A DNA stretch of 13,048 nt. It comes from Patescibacteria group bacterium (lineage in GTDB: Bacteria > Patescibacteriota > Patescibacteriia > UBA2591 > UBA6264). Made by a program: the position numbers and the translations under genes. Of the stretch, positions 5,444-10,990 are shown one piece after another. Location: positions 1-13,048 of the forward strand of contig JAQTOB010000013.1 in NCBI GenBank assembly GCA_028713575.1, in the 5' to 3' direction. A model generated the notes under the pieces. It had not been told where the DNA came from, did not search any database, and worked only from the letters and a program-made list of their open reading frames with translations. The number at the start of each line of letters is the position of its first letter. Position 1 is the stretch's first letter.

Positions 5444-6655
5444 ATGTTTAAAAGGTTTTTAATTTTGTTTTTTCTTTTTTGTTTTTTAATTGTTCCCAAA
5501 CAGGATGTTTTGGCGCAAAAATCCGTTAATGTTTATTTTTTTTGGGGAGAAGGATGTCCGCATTGCGCCAAAGAAAAAGTATTTTTAGAAAAACTTGAAC
5601 AAAAATATTCGGAAGTGAAAATTTATGATTATGACGCCTGGAAAACTTCGGAGAACAGGCAATTATTGGTTGATTTTGGTGAAAAATTAAATGTCAATAT
5701 CTCGGGCGTACCTTTTACCGTTATTGGAGAAAAGTATTTTATCGGGTGGTATAACGAGGAAATTACAGGCGCAGCCATTGAAGAAGCAATACAATGCGTT
5801 TTGGAAACAGGATGCCGGGATGTCGGCGCGGAAATTTTGTTTTTAGAAAATCAAAATAATGTTGAAGAAGAGAATTGCGGCTGGGAGGAAGGAAAATCGG
5901 CGATTCCGCAAAAAATTAAAGTTCCTTTTTTAGGAGAGATTGAAACAAAAAATTTTTCCTTACCATTATTAACGATTGTTTTAGGCACTTTGGATGGGTT
6001 CAACCCCTGCGCGATGTGGACATTATTGTTTTTAATTTCTTTACTTTTGGGAATGAAAGACAGAAAAAGGATGTGGATTTTAGGAATAGCTTTTATTGTT
6101 GCTTCAGCTTCGGTTTATTTTCTTTTTATGGCTGCTTGGCTTAATTTGATTTTATTTTTAGGTTTTATTATTTGGGTAAGGATTGTCGTCGGTTTAATTG
6201 CTCTTTCTGGCGGCGGTTATTCTTTAAAAGGATATTTTACTGACCCAAAGGCGGGCTGTAAGGTGACAGGCACGGAGAAAAGGCAAAAAATTTTTGAAAA
6301 GCTTAAAAAAATCACGCAGCAAAAAAGTTTTTATCTTGCTTTAGGAGGAATTATTCTTCTGGCTTTTGCCGTCAATTTAGTGGAATTGATTTGCTCTGCC
6401 GGCTTGCCCGCGGTCTATGCCCAAGTTTTGGCCTTAAGTCATTTGGTCAAATGGCAATATTATCTTTATATTTTGCTCTATATATTTATTTTTATGCTGG
6501 ATGATTTGTTTGTTTTTTTTGTGGCCATGACTACTTTACAAATGACCGGTATTACCACCAAGTATAGCCGAATATCAAAATTAATCGGCGGATTGTTAAT
6601 GATTATCATTGGTTTATTATTGTTGTTTAAGCCGGAATGGCTGATGTTCGGATAA
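5444..6655 (+). CDS. Exported thioredoxin/glutaredoxin-like domain (CPHC) fused to a CcdA/DsbD-like polytopic membrane domain
   Basis: Signal-peptide-like N-terminus MFKRFLILFFLFCFLIVPKQDVLAQ. Next comes VYFFWGEGCPHCAKEKVFLEKL...GVPFTVIG (thioredoxin fold with a CPHC motif). A region of about six TM helices follows, with single cysteines in GFNPCAMW and LICSAGLP, reminiscent of the two half-cystine TM motifs of CcdA/DsbD. The start could instead be TTG 5426. Confidence 0.7.
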   Translation: MFKRFLILFFLFCFLIVPKQDVLAQKSVNVYFFWGEGCPHCAKEKVFLEKLEQKYSEVKIYDYDAWKTSENRQLLVDFGEKLNVNISGVPFTVIGEKYFIGWYNEEITGAAIEEAIQCVLETGCRDVGAEILFLENQNNVEEENCGWEEGKSAIPQKIKVPFLGEIETKNFSLPLLTIVLGTLDGFNPCAMWTLLFLISLLLGMKDRKRMWILGIAFIVASASVYFLFMAAWLNLILFLGFIIWVRIVVGLIALSGGGYSLKGYFTDPKAGCKVTGTEKRQKIFEKLKKITQQKSFYLALGGIILLAFAVNLVELICSAGLPAVYAQVLALSHLVKWQYYLYILLYIFIFMLDDLFVFFVAMTTLQMTGITTKYSRISKLIGGLLMIIIGLLLLFKPEWLMFG

Positions 6656-6667
6656 ATTATTTTAAAG

Positions 6668-6700
6668 ATAAAGATTTGTTTTTAAAAAACAAATCTTTAT
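6668..6700 (+). terminator. AT-rich hairpin downstream of the island (candidate intrinsic terminator)
   Basis: ATAAAGATTTGTTTTT (6668-6683) pairs with AAAAACAAATCTTTAT (6685-6700), a 16-nt perfect inverted repeat starting 13 nt after the stop at 6655. It has only two G:C pairs and no clean U-tract, so confidence is modest. Confidence 0.4.
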
Positions 6701-6705
6701 ATATC

Positions 6706-6714
6706 TGTGGATAA
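6706..6714 (-). promoter_or_regulatory. Perfect DnaA-box consensus 9-mer (TGTGGATAA, the reverse complement of TTATCCACA), 5 nt upstream of a TTGACT -35 element
   Basis: Exact match read directly in the intergenic region 6656-6774. Confidence 0.5.
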
Positions 6715-6719
6715 CTTAT

Positions 6720-6748
6720 TTGACTTATTGTAAAGTATACTTTACAAT
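6720..6748 (+). promoter_or_regulatory. Strong sigma70-type promoter of the DUF2178/XRE/HEAT operon
   Basis: TTGACT (6720-6725), a 17-nt spacer, then TACAAT (6743-6748). It lies 27 nt upstream of ATG 6775. Confidence 0.7.
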
Positions 6749-6752
6749 AAGT
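6723..6752. promoter_or_regulatory. Perfect 30-bp palindrome (candidate operator) spanning the -35 to -10 region
   Basis: ACTTATTGTAAAGTA|TACTTTACAATAAGT is its own reverse complement (checked base by base). An extra direct copy of ACTTATT sits at 6714-6720. Confidence 0.7.
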
Positions 6753-6774
6753 AATATAAATATAACTTTTTTAT

Positions 6775-7182
6775 ATGAATTATCAACAATTTAAAAGGAT
6801 AAAAATATTAACCACTTCTTTTGTTTCCGCTACCGTGGCCGTAGCCGTTGTTTATAACAACATTATTTTGGCTTTAGCCGGAGTGATAATCGGCATGATT
6901 TTCCTTTTTTTTGTCAGAAAAAAAACAAAGATTATTTTAGTGGACGAAAGAGTTCAAAATATTGCTGGTCAAGCCGCTCGTTTGACTTATGTAATTTTGA
7001 CCATGACCATTGCTTTTCTCTCTTTGATTTTTCTTGGCAGCGGTCGGCGGATGAATGACATTAATTATGAAACACTGGGTGTTATTTTAAGTTACACCAC
7101 TTTATTCAGTATTGCCCTGTATTCGCTTTCATATAAATATATCAGTAAAAAATATGGAGAAACAGATGACGAACAAGATTAA
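6775..7182 (+). CDS. DUF2178-family small membrane protein
   Basis: Four hydrophobic segments with a VDERVQNIAGQAARLTY motif between TM2 and TM3. It has the characteristic position immediately upstream of, and overlapping, a short XRE-type HTH gene. Confidence 0.7.
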   Translation: MNYQQFKRIKILTTSFVSATVAVAVVYNNIILALAGVIIGMIFLFFVRKKTKIILVDERVQNIAGQAARLTYVILTMTIAFLSLIFLGSGRRMNDINYETLGVILSYTTLFSIALYSLSYKYISKKYGETDDEQD

Positions 7183-7360
7183 GGTTTATCGGGCTATGCG
7201 TAATATGACCCAAGAAGAATTGGCGAATAAAGTTGATGTTACCCGACAAACCATTATTGCTATTGAAAAAAACAAATATGTTCCGTCTCTGGGATTAGCT
7301 TTTAAAATTGCGAGAATTTTTGGCGAAACCATTGAAAACATTTTTCATTATGAAAAATAA
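7166..7360 (+). CDS. Short XRE/Cro-CI family helix-turn-helix transcriptional regulator (64 aa)
   Basis: MTNKIKVYRAMRNMTQEELANKVDVTRQTIIAIEKNKYVPSLGLAFKIARIFGETIENIF is a canonical HTH_3 pattern. GGAGA at 7156-7160 is the only clear Shine-Dalgarno in the window. The gene overlaps the DUF2178 gene by 17 nt. I start at 7166 rather than the ORF-track 7112. Confidence 0.85.
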   Translation: MTNKIKVYRAMRNMTQEELANKVDVTRQTIIAIEKNKYVPSLGLAFKIARIFGETIENIFHYEK

Positions 7361-7775
7361 TAGTTTTCTTAAACATATGATTCTCAAAAAAATTGATAAA
7401 AATTTAATCACTTATATTATTGGTATAAGCATTATTTTTTTTCTTTTTATTTTTTTTATTATTTGCGCGCAAATCGGTTATGATGTAAAAAAACGTTGCG
7501 AAATGGCCCAAAGCAGATATGGAGGCGAATGCGTTGACGCTTTAATGTATCAAGTAGCCGACGATTCTAGCCAATATGGGAAAAATAGCGCGATTTGGGC
7601 CTTGGGACAATTGGGCGATAAAAAGGCCTTATCTTTTTTGGAAAAATACGACACGGGAAAATTGCTTCCTAAACGCGAATCTTGGAATGAAGGAATCAGC
7701 CAATATGAACTACGCAAGGCCATTAAGCTTTTAAGGGGAGGATTTAATTTATCAGCCTTTATTTGGAGAAATTAG
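7350..7775 (+). CDS. Membrane-anchored HEAT-repeat (PBS-lyase HEAT-like) protein
   Basis: N-terminal TM helix LITYIIGISIIFFLFIFFIICAQ, then NSAIWALGQLGDKKALSFLEK, a typical HEAT_2-type repeat string. The ATG at 7350 overlaps the XRE gene by 11 nt. The ORF-track start at 7308 is a less likely extension. Confidence 0.6.
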   Translation: MKNNSFLKHMILKKIDKNLITYIIGISIIFFLFIFFIICAQIGYDVKKRCEMAQSRYGGECVDALMYQVADDSSQYGKNSAIWALGQLGDKKALSFLEKYDTGKLLPKRESWNEGISQYELRKAIKLLRGGFNLSAFIWRN

Positions 7776-7799
7776 TGTTTTAATTTTGACGATATTTAG

Positions 7800-7805
7800 T
7801 ATAAT
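7800..7805 (+). promoter_or_regulatory. Candidate -10 box (TATAAT) upstream of the oxidoreductase genes
   Basis: A perfect TATAAT is present, but no good -35 sits at 16-18 nt; the nearby TTGACG at 7786-7791 is only 8 nt away. A second TATAAT at 7866-7871 is an alternative. Confidence 0.3.
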
Positions 7806-7903
7806 AGACAAAGATATTTAAGTAACAGAAACTAAAATCAACAGAATTTGTGGCACTTACAAAATTATAATTAATATGTTAAATAATAAAACATATCAGA
7901 TAT

Positions 7904-9526
7904 ATGATTAAAAAAGATTTTTCAATTTTAATAGGAGGTAAAGCCGGAGAAGGGTCCAGGAAGGCGGGCTTGGTAATTGCCAAGTTGTTCACTGAGCTTG
8001 GTTATAAAATTTTTATTTATGACGATTACCAGTCTTTAATCAGGGGAGGACATAATTTTTCTCATATCAGGGCGGCAGATAAAAAAATTCTTTCTCATAG
8101 AGAAAAACTTGATTTTTTGTTGGGCTTAAATAAAGATGTTATTGAAAAACATAAAAATAAGTTAGATAAAAACGGAATCATTATTCAAAATAGCGAGGCA
8201 AAAAAAGCAGTAGAAGAGGTCGGAGGCAAATCAATGATGGAAAATACGGCTCTTATTGCCATTTTCGCTAAAAATATTGGAATAGAATGGAAACTTTTAG
8301 AAAAAGTTTTAAAAGAAGAATTTAAAAAATTTCAGAAACTAAATTTAAGAGTAGCCCAAAGGGCATTTGACAAAGCAGAGATATTAATTAAAGTTAAAAA
8401 ATTGAACAAAAAAGGATTTCCCCTTATGACGGGCAATGAAGCCCTTGCCTTGGGGGCTGTAAAAGCCGGGCTTGATCTTTATCTTGCTTATCCCATGACC
8501 CCGGCCACAGGAATTTTGCACTATTTGGCGGAAAATAAAGACAGGTTTAAAGTAGTCGTTTCCCAATTAGAAAATGAAGTCGGGATTGTTAATGCCGCAG
8601 TAGGGGCGGTTTATGCCGGGAAGAGAACCATGATTGGGACATCCGGAGGAGGCTTTGCTTTAATGACAGAGGGATTTAGTTTGGCGGCCCAAAATGAAAG
8701 TCCTTTGGTTATAATAGAAAGTCAAAGAATGTCTCCGGGAAGCGGCGTTCCGACTTATCAGGCCCAAGGAGATTTATTATTTGTTTTAGGCGCAGGGCAC
8801 GGCGATATAATTAAGTTTGTTATTGCCCCCGGCGATGCCGAAGAATCTTGTTTTTGGGGAGGGAAAATATTAAATCTTTCTTGGAAATACCAAACGCCCT
8901 CAATTTTGCTGATAGACAAGGAGGTTTCCGAGAGTACTTTTAGTTTTGATGAAAATATTTTAAAAAAAATTAATCGCGAACAACCCTTTCTTTGGAATAA
9001 AAAGGGGAGATATTTGAGATATAAGAACACAAAAAATGGAATTTCTCCTTTGGCTTTTCCCGGAGACAAAAACGCAATTTTTAAATCAAACAGCTATGAA
9101 CATGATGAATTTGGCTTGACCATAGAAGACAAAGAGGGTGTAAAAAAGATGCAAGACAAAAGATTAAGAAAGTTCAAAGAAATGGAAAAAGAAGTAGATA
9201 AATTAGAATCAGTTAAGGTTTATGGGAACAAAAAGTCAAAGAAAGCCATTATTTGTTGGGGGTCAACAAAAGGTCCGGTTAAAGAAGTAGTTGAAAAATT
9301 GGGACTTAAAATGATTCAACCGATTATTTTACAGCCTTTTCCCGCGAAAAAAATAAAACAAGTTTTAAAAGGAGTAAAAAAAATTGTTTTAGCAGAAACC
9401 AGCGCCTTAGGGCAAATGGAAAAACTTTTAAATAGTCATGGGATAAAAGTAGATAAAAAGATTTTAAAATATGATGCCCGACCGTTTTTACCAGAAGAAA
9501 TAGAAAAAAAATTATCTAAATTTTAA
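7904..9526 (+). CDS. 2-oxoacid:ferredoxin (acceptor) oxidoreductase, fused gamma-alpha subunit
   Basis: The N-terminal ~170 aa are gamma-like (ILIGGKAGEGSRKAG...YQSLIRGGHNFSHIR). The rest is alpha-like (MTGNEALALGAVKAGLDLYLAYPMTPATGILHYL, ENEVGIVNAAVGAVYAGKRTMIGTSGGGFALMTEG). Confidence 0.9.
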   Translation: MIKKDFSILIGGKAGEGSRKAGLVIAKLFTELGYKIFIYDDYQSLIRGGHNFSHIRAADKKILSHREKLDFLLGLNKDVIEKHKNKLDKNGIIIQNSEAKKAVEEVGGKSMMENTALIAIFAKNIGIEWKLLEKVLKEEFKKFQKLNLRVAQRAFDKAEILIKVKKLNKKGFPLMTGNEALALGAVKAGLDLYLAYPMTPATGILHYLAENKDRFKVVVSQLENEVGIVNAAVGAVYAGKRTMIGTSGGGFALMTEGFSLAAQNESPLVIIESQRMSPGSGVPTYQAQGDLLFVLGAGHGDIIKFVIAPGDAEESCFWGGKILNLSWKYQTPSILLIDKEVSESTFSFDENILKKINREQPFLWNKKGRYLRYKNTKNGISPLAFPGDKNAIFKSNSYEHDEFGLTIEDKEGVKKMQDKRLRKFKEMEKEVDKLESVKVYGNKKSKKAIICWGSTKGPVKEVVEKLGLKMIQPIILQPFPAKKIKQVLKGVKKIVLAETSALGQMEKLLNSHGIKVDKKILKYDARPFLPEEIEKKLSKF

Positions 9527-9531
9527 TCTAT

Positions 9532-10332
9532 ATGAGTAATAAAAATATAAAATTAGAAACATCTGCCCGGAATACTTGGTGTCCGGGATGTGGCAATTTT
9601 GGTATTTTGGCAAGTTTAAAAGAAGCAATCTCTGAGATAATAAATGAAGGAATTTCAAAGGAAGAAATAGTTTTAGTGAGCGGGATTGGTTGCGGTTCAA
9701 AAATTATTGATTACATAAATTTGAACAGTTTTTCTTCTCTACATGGACGATCAATCATTTCAGCAGAAGGAATAAAAATGGCTAATCCCAAACTTAAAGT
9801 TATTGCATTTACGGGAGACGGCGGTTGTTATAATGAGGGGATTGCTCATTTAATTCACGCCGCCAAAAGAAATGCCGATATTACGGTTTTAGTTCATGAT
9901 AATAGAAACTTCGCTTTAACCACCAGTCAATTTACAGCCACTTCGCCAAAAGGATTTAAAGGAAAATCAACTCCTCAGGGGAACATTGAAGAACCTTTTA
10001 ACCCTTTAGAATTAATGTTTTCGTTAAAAACTAGTTTTATTGCTCGGGGATATTCCATGAAAATTAATCACCTTAAAGATTTAATCAAAAAAGGAATTAA
10101 ACATAAAGGATTTTCTTTTATTGAAATTCTTCAGCCTTGTATTACCTTTTTTGACAATACCGATTTTTATAATCAAAGAGTTTATGAAATGAAAGAAAAT
10201 GACTTAAAGACAGACGGAGAAATAATAAAAAAAATAAAAGAATGGGACTACAAAAACAATAATTCTAAAATTCCTTTGGGCATTTTTTATCAAAGAGAAG
10301 GACCTACTTACGAAGAAAATTTATTAAAATAA
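9532..10332 (+). CDS. 2-oxoacid:ferredoxin oxidoreductase beta subunit (TPP- and [4Fe-4S]-binding)
   Basis: WCPGCGNFGIL, SGIGCGSK and the TPP motif FTGDGGCYNEG...HDNRNFALT. It starts 5 nt after the alpha-subunit stop. Confidence 0.9.
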   Translation: MSNKNIKLETSARNTWCPGCGNFGILASLKEAISEIINEGISKEEIVLVSGIGCGSKIIDYINLNSFSSLHGRSIISAEGIKMANPKLKVIAFTGDGGCYNEGIAHLIHAAKRNADITVLVHDNRNFALTTSQFTATSPKGFKGKSTPQGNIEEPFNPLELMFSLKTSFIARGYSMKINHLKDLIKKGIKHKGFSFIEILQPCITFFDNTDFYNQRVYEMKENDLKTDGEIIKKIKEWDYKNNNSKIPLGIFYQREGPTYEENLLK

Positions 10333-10430
10333 ATAACTTAAATATTTCGCGGTAAAATAAAAAAAATAGCCAAGCCGAATTTACGTTTGACAATTTAAAA
10401 ATATAATCAATAAAAAAAATTATATAACAA

Positions 10431-10456
10431 AAAACCGCATGAAAGGCGGCTTTTTG
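10431..10456 (-). terminator. Intrinsic terminator of the cold-shock gene (possibly bidirectional)
   Basis: On the - strand: AAAAAGCCGC CTTTCAT GCGGTTTTTT. This gives a CCGC/GCGG core, extendable through G:U and A:U pairs, followed by a U-run, 18 nt after the csp stop. On the + strand the stem is only 4 bp plus a T5 run, so it is a weaker terminator for the oxidoreductase operon. Confidence 0.55.
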
Positions 10457-10473
10457 TTTTTATGAAAGTGTGT

Positions 10474-10671
10474 TTAAGCTTTTTTAATTTGCACTGCCGA
10501 TGGTCCTTTTGGAGTATCATTAACTTCAAAAGTCACGGCATCACCTTCTTTTAAGTCACTGAATTCAACTCCAGATAATTCACTGGAATGGAAGAATAAG
10601 TCTTTATCACTGCCTTCTTGAGCAATAAAACCAAAACCCCTATCAGTTAACTTTTTAATAGTTCCTTGCAT
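10474..10671 (-). CDS. csp: Cold-shock protein (CspA family, S1-like OB fold)
   Basis: MQGTIKKLTDRGFGFIAQEGSDKDLFFHSSEL carries the RNP1 (GFGFI) and RNP2-like (LFFHSS) motifs. At 65 aa it has the canonical length. Confidence 0.95.
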   Translation of the reverse strand: MQGTIKKLTDRGFGFIAQEGSDKDLFFHSSELSGVEFSDLKEGDAVTFEVNDTPKGPSAVQIKKA

Positions 10672-10780
10672 AAATTGAAATTATAATTATTGGCCTGTAG
10701 TAAAAAATAGAAGTCCGACTGTTTTTCTATGTTTACCAAACAGCATTAGATTTTAATGAAATTAAATATCTAACAATAAT

Positions 10781-10808
10781 ATTATAACAGATTATATTTT
10801 TTTAGCAA
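10781..10808 (-). promoter_or_regulatory. Strong extended -10 promoter of csp
   Basis: On the - strand: TTGCTA (10808-10803), a 16-nt spacer ending in TGT, then TATAAT (10786-10781), giving TGnTATAAT. The predicted TSS near 10774 gives a 5' leader of about 100 nt, as is typical for cold-shock genes. Confidence 0.65.
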
Positions 10809-10843
10809 GGCCCGTGTGCCGCATAAATAGAGTCGTGTATGGA

Positions 10844-10871
10844 TTGACAAAAAAGATAGGCGAGATAAATT
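10844..10871 (+). promoter_or_regulatory. Candidate promoter for the ABC exporter gene
   Basis: TTGACA (10844-10849), a 16-nt spacer, then TAAATT (10866-10871, 4/6 match). It would be divergent from the csp promoter and lies about 120 nt upstream of ATG 10991. Confidence 0.35.
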
Positions 10872-10990
10872 TATTATAGTATTATGGGGATTGATTCCTT
10901 TTTATATTAATTTTATGTTGATTAACAGATAATTTACAGTTAGGGTTAGTAATTTTATAAAAAAATTTTAAAGTTTTAGAAAAAATAAAA

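Noticed and set aside
1422-6714. The DnaA boxes as a sign of a replication origin (oriC)
   Set aside because: There are only two boxes, 5.3 kb apart. There is no cluster, no adjacent AT-rich 13-mer-like unwinding repeats, and no dnaA, dnaN or other origin-linked genes in the window. A promoter-proximal regulatory role fits better.
7786-7805. TTGACG (7786-7791) paired with TATAAT (7800-7805) as a consensus promoter for the oxidoreductase operon
   Set aside because: The spacer is only 8 nt. I retained the -10 box alone as a low-confidence feature.
8384-9700. Minus-strand ORFs 8384-8566, 8758-9069 and 9512-9700
   Set aside because: They are antisense to the oxidoreductase alpha and beta genes, which are unambiguous. 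They are shadow ORFs.
10387-10407. TTGACA (10387-10392) and TATAAT (10402-10407) between the convergent korB-like and csp genes
   Set aside because: The spacer is only 9 nt, which is incompatible with sigma70 geometry. There is also no downstream + strand gene before the terminator. It is likely a chance match in AT-rich DNA.
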